Positions 1 to 9,258 of a DNA stretch of 64,000 bases are shown in pieces (position 1 is the stretch's first letter; each line of letters begins with the position of its first letter). The position numbers and the translations under genes are program-made. Source of the DNA: a bacterium (GTDB taxonomy: Bacteria; Patescibacteriota; Microgenomatia; Daviesbacterales; UBA10151); contig JAJYNW010000005.1 in the NCBI GenBank assembly GCA_021786105.1, forward strand, positions 32,001 through 96,000, read 5' to 3'. The notes below the pieces were generated by a model. That model ran no database searches. It saw only the letters and a program-made list of their open reading frames with translations, and was not told where the DNA came from.

Positions 1-700
1 CTGCATCTGCTCCTAATTTCTCACAAATATCAGCAACAGCATTGGCAAAAGATATTTTTGTAGCTAAAAAAGTATTGGCCACATATTTTATTGTTTGGGC
101 AGAACGTAAATCGCAAACTACTCTTTGCCCGTTTAGATGTTTATAAAGATCAAGGAGTAAGTCGGCAGCCTTTTTGCTTTTAGTGCCAATAACGATTCGG
201 TCCGGATTTTTGGCGTCTTCTACAGCTGATCCTTCTTTTAAAAATTCCGGGCATGAAGCAAATTCAAATTTATTTTTGGCGGTGCCTTTTATAGTTTCCT
301 CGAGTTTTTCCTCAACCCCGATGGGCACAGTGCTTTTAATAGTGATAAGTGTATAACCTTTAAGGTGTTTAGCTGTTTCTTTGACTGCGTCAAAAAGATA
401 AGTTAAATCAGCTTCACCGTTTGTTTTAGGTGGAGTGCCGACACAAATAAAAACTACTTTTGATTTAGGGACACTGGTTTCGTAACTGGTGGTAAAGATT
501 AACCTCTTTTGAACTAAGTTGCGTCTAACTAGCTCCTCTAACCCCGGTTCAAAAAAAGGAACGTTGCCTTTTTTTAAAGAATCAATCTTTTTGGGATCGA
601 TATCCACGCAATAAACTTTATGTCCAAAATCAGCAAAAACAGCACCTGTTACAAGTCCTACATACCCGGTGCCGATAATAGTTATTGTCATAGGCGTCAT
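1..700 (-). CDS. ugd: UDP-glucose/GDP-mannose 6-dehydrogenase (partial, runs off window start)
   Basis: Not in ORF track. Manual translation gives MTPMTITIIGTGYVGLVTGAVFADFGHKVYCVDID...PFFEPGLEEL...FICVGTP...VIKSTVP...CPEFLKEGSA, the classic UDPG-dehydrogenase motifs. Start is 700 or 691. Confidence 0.93.
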   Translation of the reverse strand, partial: MTPMTITIIGTGYVGLVTGAVFADFGHKVYCVDIDPKKIDSLKKGNVPFFEPGLEELVRRNLVQKRLIFTTSYETSVPKSKVVFICVGTPPKTNGEADLTYLFDAVKETAKHLKGYTLITIKSTVPIGVEEKLEETIKGTAKNKFEFASCPEFLKEGSAVEDAKNPDRIVIGTKSKKAADLLLDLYKHLNGQRVVCDLRSAQTIKYVANTFLATKISFANAVADICEKLGADA

Positions 701-830
701 AGAATATTAAAACGATTTTGCTCGGCTTGCAAGTCTCGCAAAATGTTTTGAACCCAAAAATATTGGATTTGGAAGTTGTAAATGAAATTATTTTGGGTAT
801 AAAATAAGATTTGCGTCATCGTCAAAATTT

Positions 831-1850
831 ATGGGTAAGAAAATATTAGTTACTGGTGGGGGAGGATATATCGGGTCTATTACTTCTGACCTTCTTCTTA
901 AAAACGGTTTCGATGTAGCAGTTTTAGATAATTTTTCCCGGGGATATGAAACTCCCTTAGTTTTTCTAAAAGATAAGTATGGGTCCGAAAGATTAAGTTG
1001 GAAGAATCTAGATTTAACAACGGATAATTTAGAGAAGTTTTTTGAAGAGGTAAAACCTGACGCGATTTTGCATTGTGCAGCGCTTTGTAATGTGGGAGAG
1101 TCATGGGAAAATCCCGCATTATATTTCCGTAACAACATTTTCGGAGTCCAAAGATTAGCAGATGCAGCTATAAAAACTAATATTAAGAATATTGTCTTTT
1201 CTTCTACTTGTGCGGTTTATGGTGACGCCCAATATTTGCCTATTGATGAGAAACACCCACTGGCAAATCCGTCAAGCCCATATGGGGCCACAAAAAAAAT
1301 GTGTGAGGAGATTCTCAATTGGTATGCTAAAGTCGATCTTTTGAATTATGTTTTTTTAAGGTATTTTAATGTCACCGGAGCATCAGATGATGGGGAAGTT
1401 GGAGATTCGAAAAATCCTTCTTTCCATTTGATTCAGAATGCTATCCGGGGGGCATTGGGAATTGATAAATTTGAATTAAACTTTGCAGCTGTAGATACTC
1501 CGGATGGCTCTCCAATCCGCGACTACTTGAATGTTGTTGATTTGGCTAACGCCCACATGCGGTCCTTAAACTATCTACTCGAGGATCAGGGGAAAAATGA
1601 AGTTTTCAATTTGGGGACAGGAGCGGGAAATTCTGTTTTAGAAATTATCAAACTAGTTAAAGAAAGAACCGGAATAGATTTTCAAATTGGAGAAGCGGCA
1701 AGCAGAAGAAAGGGCGAGGCGGATAAGATGATTGCCGATATTTCTAAAGCCAAAAAAATCTTAGGATGGGAACCAAAACACTCCCTAGATGATTCAATCC
1801 AAACACTAGTTAAATGGTATAAATTGCACCCGAAAGGCTGGAATAAATAA
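831..1850 (+). CDS. galE: UDP-glucose 4-epimerase
   Basis: GGGGYIGS Rossmann motif, FSSTCAVYG, YGATK, LRYFNV, DGSPIRDY, NLGTG. Confidence 0.92.
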   Translation: MGKKILVTGGGGYIGSITSDLLLKNGFDVAVLDNFSRGYETPLVFLKDKYGSERLSWKNLDLTTDNLEKFFEEVKPDAILHCAALCNVGESWENPALYFRNNIFGVQRLADAAIKTNIKNIVFSSTCAVYGDAQYLPIDEKHPLANPSSPYGATKKMCEEILNWYAKVDLLNYVFLRYFNVTGASDDGEVGDSKNPSFHLIQNAIRGALGIDKFELNFAAVDTPDGSPIRDYLNVVDLANAHMRSLNYLLEDQGKNEVFNLGTGAGNSVLEIIKLVKERTGIDFQIGEAASRRKGEADKMIADISKAKKILGWEPKHSLDDSIQTLVKWYKLHPKGWNK

Positions 1851-1853
1851 TTT

Positions 1854-2072
1854 CTACCGGGATTTCCACCAAGATATTAAGATAAAATAAAGTGCTGAGA
1901 TTCCGACTAAAGCATAAATAATTCTAGTTAATCCTGAACCGGCTCCGAATATCGAATCTACCAAGTTGTAACCGAAAAATCCTACCAGTCCCCAATTAAT
2001 ACCGCCAATCACTAATAGTATTAAGGCTATCCAGTCAACCCAATTCATATCTCTCATATCAGCTCTTGCCAT
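1854..2072 (-). CDS. DUF378 family small membrane protein
   Basis: IALILLVIGGINWGLVG...IIYALVGISALY pattern. A strong SD (AAGGAGGTG, 2079-2087) supports the ATG at 2072. Confidence 0.85.
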   Translation of the reverse strand: MARADMRDMNWVDWIALILLVIGGINWGLVGFFGYNLVDSIFGAGSGLTRIIYALVGISALYFILISWWKSR

Positions 2073-2172
2073 AATTACCACCTCCTTATTATGGTATAGC
2101 CTGTAATATTACTCCGTTTTGGTAAGAAGTTTAGGTAGAAACCATCAAGAATCCGGAAAGAGATCCGAAAGG

Positions 2173-2664
2173 TTATTGGTGTCGCTGCCACTCGATTTTT
2201 TCACCTTTTGTTTTTTGTTCTGCCATAACTAGTTCGTCATAAATTCCGTCGATTAAGTCATAATCCTTGGCTTCTTCAAGAGTTACCCAAGCATATTGGT
2301 CGGTTTCTTCCGGTTGAAGCGTTACTTCTCCGGAAACGTAATTAGCGGCACAAGAGATAACTAAGGAGGAAGCTCCGTCTTGATGAACAGTGGCTAGACT
2401 TGTGACATACTTGATGTTGTTAATTTCAATACCAACCTCTTCTTTTACTTCGCGTTTTAGAGTCCGTTCTAAAACGTTGTACCAATAATCCTCTGTGTCT
2501 TTAGGCAGTTCCAAATAATCACTGGATTGTAACCTACCACCCGGGACAGTCCATTTGCCGGGAAAACGTTTTTTGGTGAGCGCCCTTCTTTCGATTAAGT
2601 ATTTGCCGTCTTTTTTAATGATGGCGGTAATTGCGACTTCATGTAAGTATTGATTTTGATCCAT
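2173..2664 (-). CDS. NUDIX hydrolase
   Basis: WTVPGG...LKREVKEEVG Nudix box with an insertion between PGG and REvxEE. Start moved to ATG 2664 to avoid overlap with secA. Confidence 0.85.
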   Translation of the reverse strand: MDQNQYLHEVAITAIIKKDGKYLIERRALTKKRFPGKWTVPGGRLQSSDYLELPKDTEDYWYNVLERTLKREVKEEVGIEINNIKYVTSLATVHQDGASSLVISCAANYVSGEVTLQPEETDQYAWVTLEEAKDYDLIDGIYDELVMAEQKTKGEKIEWQRHQ

Positions 2665-2737
2665 TGCTCTTTTTAATATACAAGAATTTGCTGTGAATAA
2701 AAATATGACAAAGACCTGCCTGTTGGAAAGGTAGTCT

Positions 2738-5458
2738 TTAATTTGGATAGTGACAACGTTTATATTTTTTGCCTGAACCGCACCAACAAGGATCATTGCG
2801 GCCGACTTTATTGTGGCGGATTTGTCCGGAATCAGAATCTAATGTTTGAGTCGCTACCTGTCCATTTCTTTCAATTGTTACTTTAGTTACTCCACCCTCA
2901 TGTTCTAAAACTTCTGCAATTGGTTCGCCTTGAGCAACTTCCTTTACCTCTTCCTCCTCTGTTTTAACTCCGGTCTCAATTTCCGGATGTCTTTCTGTAA
3001 CCTCAATTGGCTGGGGTTGAACAGGTTGGTTGGAGGGTGCAAGCTTATAAATTTTATGGACCACATCATAATCAATGTTGGCCATCAGTTTAGTGAATAA
3101 ATCGAAGGATTCTTTTTTGTATTCCACTAAAGGATCCCTTTGGCCGTAACCACGAAGCCCGATTCCTGCCCGAAGATCATCCATAGTGTCCAAATGTTCA
3201 ATCCATAAAGTATCGATGGTTGTCAGATAAACAAAGGTTTCCATTTGGCGGGCTACTTCAGAGCCGAACTGTTTCTCTCTTTGTTCGTAAACATCGCGTG
3301 CTACCTGGATTAAGAATTGAGTAATATCTTCTACGGACCCGATTTGGCTGATTTTTTGTTCCAGCTCTTTTCTGGAATTAGGATCAAAGTTAATAACATC
3401 AGAAAAATCTTCAACGATCTTTGTTTGGTCTAGCCCCTCGGCGCTATTGATTGTAACAATACTGGAAATGGCCTCATCGATCTTTTGTAAAATATCTTCC
3501 TTAAGCTGGGAGCTGGCTTCTCCCTTTAAATTGGCGGCGGCTTCCAAAATATTTTTTCTGACTCCATAGATAATTTGTCTTTGCTGGTTCATCACATCGT
3601 CATACTCGACCGTTGTTTTACGGATATCAAAATTATGGCCTTCGACTTTTTTCTGGGCCGATTCAATGGCTTTAGAGATCATCCCGTGTTCGATCGGAGC
3701 GTCTTCGGGCATCTTTAAAAAGTCCATGACTTTCGAAACTTGGTCGCCGCCGAAGATCCGCATTAAGTCATCCTCCAGGGAGATAAAGAACTGGGAGGCG
3801 CCGGGATCCCCCTGTCTTCCGGACCGTCCCCGAAGTTGGTTGTCAATCCTTCTTGATTCATGTCTTTCGGTGCCAATTACAAAAAGCCCGCCTGACTTTT
3901 CCGCTCCCTTACCAAGCTTAATATCGACTCCCCGGCCGGCCATGTTGGTGGCAACTGTGACTGCGCCTTTTTCCCCGGCTTTGGCGATAATTTCCGCTTC
4001 TTTTTCATGGTTTTTAGCGTTCAAAAGTGCGTGGGAAATACCTTTTTTCTTCAACAAATCTGACAAAAATTCGTTTTTCTCAATGGAGGTGGTACCGACC
4101 AAAACCGGTTGTCCTTTGGCGTGGAGCTCCTCGATCTTGTTGGCAACTGCGGTATATTTACCGGCCTGGGTTTTATAAATTGTGTCGGACATGTCTTCCC
4201 TGATCATCGGCAAATGGGTGGGAACAACAACCACATCAAGCTTGTAGATCTTGTGAAACTCTTCTGCCTCAGTAGCGGCGGTTCCGGTCATACCCGCAAG
4301 TTTTTTATACATCCTGAAGTAATTTTGGAAAGAAATGGTGGCTAAAGTTTGTGACTCCTGCTGAATGGCGACTCCCTCTTTGGCTTCAATGGCTTGATGA
4401 AGGCCTTCGGAATAGCGCCTTCCCGGCATTAACCTTCCGGTAAACTCATCAACAATTATTACTTCGCCGTCCCGGACAACGTAATCTTTATCTTTTTGAA
4501 ACAGGGCACGGGCTTTTAAAGCTTGCTCGATATGATGCAAGGTAGAGAAGTCCTTTTCGTACATATTGTCCACACCCAGCATATTTTCAATCTTGGCAAT
4601 ACCATGTTCTGTAAGATGGGCAGTCCGTTGTTTCTCATCAATGGAATAATCGGTGTCTCCTGAAAGCTTCTCGATTATCCCGGCGAACTCATAATATTTT
4701 TGGGTGGGTTCAGAAGCGGGGCGGGAGATAATAAGCGGGGTTCTGGCCTCATCAATTAAGATGGAATCAACCTCATCAACCACCGCAAAGGAATGCCCTC
4801 TTTGGACTTGATCAGCCAAAGAAAAGACCATGTTATCCCGAAGATAGTCAAAGCCGTATTCATTATTTGTGCCGTAGGTAATATCGGCGTTATAAGCCTC
4901 TTTGCGGGTTACAGGCTTTAGGTGCTTTAATCTTTCGTCTGTGTGCTCGGTATTTTTAAACTTTGGGTCATAGATAAAGGCTTGTTCGTGAATAATGACT
5001 CCAACTGTTGCTCCCAGGGTATGATAAATTGGTCCCATCCAACCACAATCACGCATGGCAAGATAATCGTTAACCGTGACAAGATGGGAGCCTTCCCCGG
5101 TCAGCGAGTTTAAAAATAGCGCCGGAACCGCAGAAAGGGTTTTTCCTTCACCGGTTCTCTGTTCGGAAATTTTTCCCTGGTGTAAGGTGATGGCTGACAT
5201 AAGCTGAACGTCGAAGAGCCTCATGTTGAGAGTTCTGGCGCCCGCCTCCCGAACGGCTGCGTAAACATCCGGAAGAAGCTCATCCAGGCTTTGGCCTTTT
5301 TGGTAAAGTTTTTTAAATTCCTGGGACTTTTCGATGAGCTGTTTATCGGTAAGTTTCTGGTATTTTTTCTCCAGATCGTTTATCTGGGTAATGATTTTTC
5401 CGAAACGATCAAGCTCTTTTTGGTTGGAGTCCAAGATACGGCTAAAGATATTTAACAT
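2738..5458 (-). CDS. secA: Preprotein translocase ATPase SecA
   Basis: TGEGKTL, DEVDSILIDEARTPL, QLRGRSGRQGDPG, C-terminal GRNDPCWCGSGKKYKRCH zinc-binding motif. Confidence 0.98.
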   Translation of the reverse strand: MLNIFSRILDSNQKELDRFGKIITQINDLEKKYQKLTDKQLIEKSQEFKKLYQKGQSLDELLPDVYAAVREAGARTLNMRLFDVQLMSAITLHQGKISEQRTGEGKTLSAVPALFLNSLTGEGSHLVTVNDYLAMRDCGWMGPIYHTLGATVGVIIHEQAFIYDPKFKNTEHTDERLKHLKPVTRKEAYNADITYGTNNEYGFDYLRDNMVFSLADQVQRGHSFAVVDEVDSILIDEARTPLIISRPASEPTQKYYEFAGIIEKLSGDTDYSIDEKQRTAHLTEHGIAKIENMLGVDNMYEKDFSTLHHIEQALKARALFQKDKDYVVRDGEVIIVDEFTGRLMPGRRYSEGLHQAIEAKEGVAIQQESQTLATISFQNYFRMYKKLAGMTGTAATEAEEFHKIYKLDVVVVPTHLPMIREDMSDTIYKTQAGKYTAVANKIEELHAKGQPVLVGTTSIEKNEFLSDLLKKKGISHALLNAKNHEKEAEIIAKAGEKGAVTVATNMAGRGVDIKLGKGAEKSGGLFVIGTERHESRRIDNQLRGRSGRQGDPGASQFFISLEDDLMRIFGGDQVSKVMDFLKMPEDAPIEHGMISKAIESAQKKVEGHNFDIRKTTVEYDDVMNQQRQIIYGVRKNILEAAANLKGEASSQLKEDILQKIDEAISSIVTINSAEGLDQTKIVEDFSDVINFDPNSRKELEQKISQIGSVEDITQFLIQVARDVYEQREKQFGSEVARQMETFVYLTTIDTLWIEHLDTMDDLRAGIGLRGYGQRDPLVEYKKESFDLFTKLMANIDYDVVHKIYKLAPSNQPVQPQPIEVTERHPEIETGVKTEEEEVKEVAQGEPIAEVLEHEGGVTKVTIERNGQVATQTLDSDSGQIRHNKVGRNDPCWCGSGKKYKRCHYPN

Positions 5459-5467
5459 AACTGTGTC

Positions 5468-5496
5468 ATTATACCCAATTTGGGCAGGTTTGTCAG
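5468..5496 (-). promoter_or_regulatory. sigma70-type promoter of secA
   Basis: CTGACA-N17-TATAAT on the minus strand; -10 ends 9 nt before the ATG; no SD. Confidence 0.65.
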
Positions 5497-5509
5497 GTAA
5501 AAGAACGGG

Positions 5510-5538
5510 TTGACGGGGTAGGGTTTTTTCTATACACT
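5510..5538 (+). promoter_or_regulatory. sigma70-type promoter for the 5572 gene
   Basis: TTGACG-N17-TACACT, divergent from the secA promoter. Confidence 0.55.
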
Positions 5539-5571
5539 TAAAATGGTTACTTTAGATTACGTATACTGCCC

Positions 5572-6831
5572 ATGGATCCAAATAATAACAATTCTACAGG
5601 TTTTCCGCCGGCTTCGGATCCGTCTGCTTCTTCGCCAACTACCCCGCCAACTCCACCGACCGATATGTCAATGGGAGTGCCTTCTGCACAGCCGAGTGCC
5701 TCATCTCCTCTTCCAGATACATCTGATTTAGGGCCAAGTGCAAGTAGTGGTTTGAGCTCTGGTTTTAGTATGTCGAACCCTGTACCAAATGTTACGCCCG
5801 AACCCGCTCCTAATTTAGAAGGTACTTCCACTACTCCTTTGGGGAGTAATGCTGCATTAGGGGAGGCTCAGCGGGGTGCGGGAGCAGGGGGTGTTCCTTC
5901 TTGGTCAACACCAGGTAGCAGCCCAAGTGCGGTTCCTTCTCAGGATATGTCTGCCTCTGCGGCTCCGGCTTTTGGAAGTATGGATACTACTCCTAGTGAG
6001 GCGCCTGTGAATCCTATGGCTGCCGGTACTGATTCTTCCGCCCCTTCGGGAGCGGCTCCCGGTGGATTTTCCATCGCTGATTTAGCTAGCGGTCCCGGAA
6101 CAAGTTCTACTTCGGGGTTAGACGGTTTTTCAGGAGGCACACCTCCTTTATCATCAACAGATGCTAGTGTTAGCGCACCTTCGGTTTCCCCTGCCCCAGC
6201 AGATACCGTTTCTGCAAGCCCATTGGGAGGTTCCGGCAATTCTGAAACGGCACCTGCCAATCCCTTTATGGGGGGTTCACAGCCATCAATGTCTGAAACT
6301 ACCGCTGCTCCAAACGGTGGGAGTGGTGCAGAAACTGGAGCCAGTGCGTCGGGACCGGTGGAATCTGCGCCGACAGATTTAAGCCATCTTGTGAGCGGCG
6401 CTTCCGGTGAACAATCAGCTACATCTTCAACAATCCCCCAACCGGAAACATTAGTTGTTGCCCCATCAGCTGCACCGGCTGCTTCGGATGCCCAGGTTGT
6501 TTCCGGCGGTGGAAAAAGTTTTCCTAAGTGGATTTTAGCTGTAGCGTTTGTTGTTGTATTGGCGGTAATTGGTGCTAGCGCTTACTTTATTTTAGGTGTG
6601 GGTAAGCCGGAAGCCCCGACAACATCAGTTCCTGCTGTTCAGGCTCCCTTAACGAAGCCTCCTAAAACAGTATTACCAAGTGTTTCTCCGACTCAAGCCC
6701 CTGCTTCCGGATCTGCGACTTTTGGAAGTTTGGAGGGCACGGCTCCCGTATCTTCAAGTGGGTCGGCTGCCCAAAATGGGCCTTCGGCTTTGGAACTATT
6801 GAGGAAGCGTCAGGTTTCTCCTACTCCCTAA
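5572..6831 (+). CDS. Low-complexity Pro/Ser/Ala/Gly-rich single-pass membrane protein, unknown function
   Basis: About 315 aa of disordered-looking N-terminus, one hydrophobic helix (WILAVAFVVVLAVIGASAYFILGV), then a P/S/T-rich tail. Confidence 0.75.
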   Translation: MDPNNNNSTGFPPASDPSASSPTTPPTPPTDMSMGVPSAQPSASSPLPDTSDLGPSASSGLSSGFSMSNPVPNVTPEPAPNLEGTSTTPLGSNAALGEAQRGAGAGGVPSWSTPGSSPSAVPSQDMSASAAPAFGSMDTTPSEAPVNPMAAGTDSSAPSGAAPGGFSIADLASGPGTSSTSGLDGFSGGTPPLSSTDASVSAPSVSPAPADTVSASPLGGSGNSETAPANPFMGGSQPSMSETTAAPNGGSGAETGASASGPVESAPTDLSHLVSGASGEQSATSSTIPQPETLVVAPSAAPAASDAQVVSGGGKSFPKWILAVAFVVVLAVIGASAYFILGVGKPEAPTTSVPAVQAPLTKPPKTVLPSVSPTQAPASGSATFGSLEGTAPVSSSGSAAQNGPSALELLRKRQVSPTP

Positions 6832-7246
6832 CCTCAATTTCTCTGGTGTTTCCTGAAGTTAGCTTAATCTTAATTTGCATTGCTTGCTGGGGTAGTGATT
6901 TACCCAGCTTTTCTGCCCATTCAATTAGAACAATATTATTGGGATTAGCAAAGATTTCTGATAGTCCAGTACCCTCAATATCAACCTCATCCTCAAACCT
7001 GTAAAGGTCGATATGGAAAAGCTTTCCCTGGGGGTTTTTAGGAATATCATATTGCCGCATAACTATGAAAGTAGGGGAAATTAACCTGTCGTTAATTCCC
7101 AGTCCCCTGGCAAAACCCTGGATAAAAGTTGTCTTGCCGGCGCCCAAGGGACCGGAAAAGGCGATGATGCCTCCGTTTTGATACTTTTGGGCAAGGTCTG
7201 CGGCGATTTTTTGGGTTTCTTCGGCTGAATTAGAAGTGTAAACCAT
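6821..7246 (-). CDS. tsaE: tRNA threonylcarbamoyladenosine biosynthesis ATPase TsaE
   Basis: GPLGAGKTT, SPTF, HIDLYR, LIEWAE motifs. Confidence 0.95.
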   Translation of the reverse strand: MVYTSNSAEETQKIAADLAQKYQNGGIIAFSGPLGAGKTTFIQGFARGLGINDRLISPTFIVMRQYDIPKNPQGKLFHIDLYRFEDEVDIEGTGLSEIFANPNNIVLIEWAEKLGKSLPQQAMQIKIKLTSGNTREIEVRE

Positions 7247-7264
7247 AATATCTCCAAATTATAT

Positions 7265-7999
7265 CTAATCCGGTTTCTTTTTAACAACAAAGGTAAAGAG
7301 GAGGACTCCGGAAAGGATGAAAGCAAGACCCCCTCCAATAATGGACATTTTTTGGATGGGGGAACCTTGAGCTTGGGGTTTAGGGGAAGATGTGGGTGTC
7401 AGGGTAACAGTAGCTGAACTTGTGCCCAAGATAGAAGAAGGGAGGTTGGTGCTGGAAGTGTACAACTTTACCTCTTTTTTAGTTGTAGGGTGGGGAGTTG
7501 GTGTAAGTGTAGGTAATCTAGTAGGGGTAGGAGTTTTAGTTGGGGTGGGGGTGTGAGAAGGAGTAGGAGTATTGGTAGGGCCAGGTGTGGGGGTTGAGGT
7601 TGGGGTAGGAGTGGCAGTTGGTGTTGGGGTGGGGGAAGGGGCTACTAAGTTAAAGTTCCAAGTTGAGCTCCAGTCGCTCCATGTTCCAGATGAATCCTTG
7701 GCTTTTACTCTCCAATACCAGGTTCCTTCTGATAAACCTGATGGTGTATAAGATGCATTGTTAGGATCGTAATCTTTGTCAATGGATGCAAAAGTCTGAT
7801 CGTCATCTACCTGGACGCGATAGTGATCACCGGAATAAAGGGTATAAGTTGGCACCTCCCAAGCCATGGTGGTAGTGGTAACACTAGAGCCGTTTTCAGG
7901 TGAGGTTTGAGTTGGAGCATCAGTGGCGAAAGCAGGCAGGGTTACGATAAAAAAGCTGAAAGATATCAATGAAGTCAGGAGAATAATTATTACCTTCAC
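7265..7999 (-). CDS. Secreted/surface protein: Fn3/Ig-like domain, Pro-Thr stalk, C-terminal TM anchor
   Basis: Signal peptide; YRVQVDDD...GTWYWRVKAKD...WSDWS Fn3-like motif; (PT)n run; C-terminal hydrophobic helix followed by KKK. Confidence 0.8.
   Translation of the reverse strand: MKVIIILLTSLISFSFFIVTLPAFATDAPTQTSPENGSSVTTTTMAWEVPTYTLYSGDHYRVQVDDDQTFASIDKDYDPNNASYTPSGLSEGTWYWRVKAKDSSGTWSDWSSTWNFNLVAPSPTPTPTATPTPTSTPTPGPTNTPTPSHTPTPTKTPTPTRLPTLTPTPHPTTKKEVKLYTSSTNLPSSILGTSSATVTLTPTSSPKPQAQGSPIQKMSIIGGGLAFILSGVLLFTFVVKKKPD
7490..7640 (-). repeat. Degenerate coding (Pro-Thr)n repeat
   Basis: PSPTPTPTATPTPTSTPTPGPTNTPTPSHTPTPTKTPTPT; G/T-rich on the + strand. Confidence 0.85.
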
Positions 8000-8040
8000 T
8001 TACCTTATAGTATCACATCTACAAGATATAATACTTTAAG

Positions 8041-9258
8041 TTATGGGATATGCCAGTATAAAGTGACGTAGCCGTTGCCGTGATCGATGGCAATGCCTTT
8101 CCCGACAGTTCCTGTTAAATAGCAGGCGGACGAGTCACGGAATTCATAGGCTGTTCCGTCCGCCACCGCTTTTATGGGCGCTCCGAAATAATCTACAATA
8201 TCCAATCCTGTATGATAGCTGCCTCCCAAAATGTTATACCAGATCGGAAACCGGGTCGAAATATCACCGTTATGGCAATAATCTGCCTGGCTGCAATCGC
8301 CGGCAGGATATTCAGCTAACGGACTGCCAAAAAATCCGGAATCAAGTAACGGTTTAGGATCAACGAGATTTTCTTTACCGATGATTGAATTATTCTCAAT
8401 ATGGGCTGGGGTCATCACCTGAAAATGGAGATGGGCTCCGGTGGTGCAGCCACTCATACCCACGGAAGCTATAATCTCACCCTTCTTCACTGGTCCGACT
8501 TTGGCTCCAAAACCTCCTAAAGCACGGGAAATAGAGTTGGCATCCGCCTGCAACTGCGCAATTAATGACTGGTATTTAGCTTCATTATTTTGGGTAACCC
8601 GTAAAAGGTCATCCTTAGCTTTTTTCTGGTCTGCAAGCTGGGCTTGGTAAGTTACCAAATCCTTCTTTAGCTTTTCCTCCTGGGCCTGTCTGGTTTCTTT
8701 ATCCGTCTTTTGGTCATGGTAGGCAGCTTTAGTTGCTTGAAGCTGGTAGAGAACTTTCTTGTCGTTCTCCTGGGCAACCTGGATATATTTCATCCTTTCC
8801 AACAGGTCGGCAAAACCGTTGGAGGAGAAGAAGAGATCTATGGGGGAATAATCCCCATATTTATATGTTTGGACTATCCGGTTAAGAAGGATTTGGGCAA
8901 TGCTGTCAACGCTGCTGGAAAGCTTGGTAATTCTTCCGGAAAGGTCAGTAATTTCCTTGTCTAATTTTGCAATTTGGGCATTGGCTTCATCCATCTTTAG
9001 TTGGGTGAATTTGGTTTGGGCATCAATGTAATTGAGTTGGGATTTAAGGGTTTTTTCCTTACTTTGTTCACCATTTAATAACTGCTGACATTGGGCCGTT
9101 AATCCGGCAATACACGCATATCTGTTGCCGGGGTCAGGATCTATGCATTGTGAACTATCTCCGCAGGAAACTTGGGCGAAGGCTGGATTAGCACTAAAGA
9201 AGGCGGTTAAAAGCAGAGGAATTATTAAGAGATGACGAATTTTAGGGGAGACTACCAT
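8041..9258 (-). CDS. PcsB/CwlO/EnvC-type coiled-coil protein with a circularly permuted M23 metallopeptidase domain
   Basis: Signal peptide and long coiled-coil. The HLH motif (GAHLHFQV) precedes HxxxD (HTGLD), and the protein ends at TLYWHIP. Confidence 0.85.
   Translation of the reverse strand: MVVSPKIRHLLIIPLLLTAFFSANPAFAQVSCGDSSQCIDPDPGNRYACIAGLTAQCQQLLNGEQSKEKTLKSQLNYIDAQTKFTQLKMDEANAQIAKLDKEITDLSGRITKLSSSVDSIAQILLNRIVQTYKYGDYSPIDLFFSSNGFADLLERMKYIQVAQENDKKVLYQLQATKAAYHDQKTDKETRQAQEEKLKKDLVTYQAQLADQKKAKDDLLRVTQNNEAKYQSLIAQLQADANSISRALGGFGAKVGPVKKGEIIASVGMSGCTTGAHLHFQVMTPAHIENNSIIGKENLVDPKPLLDSGFFGSPLAEYPAGDCSQADYCHNGDISTRFPIWYNILGGSYHTGLDIVDYFGAPIKAVADGTAYEFRDSSACYLTGTVGKGIAIDHGNGYVTLYWHIP

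Noticed and set aside
716-743. Imperfect inverted repeat (ttttgc...gcaaaa) between ugd and galE
   Set aside because: Short, mismatched and in AT-rich DNA; not distinguishable from chance
2665-2796. ORF-track N-terminal extension of the NUDIX gene (likewise for 25638, 42596, 45789, 50008, 59428, 60627, 61849)
   Set aside because: The extensions overlap neighbouring genes or promoter boxes; downstream ATGs fit the domain starts better
3666-4345. Antisense ORFs within secA, and similar shadow ORFs throughout (e.g. 10750-11223, 25021-25614, 25778-26308)
   Set aside because: They are fully overlapped by well-supported genes and carry no recognisable motifs
7490-7640. G/T-rich periodic DNA as a CRISPR or non-coding tandem repeat
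   Set aside because: Explained by Pro-Thr codons on the minus strand; no constant repeat-spacer structure
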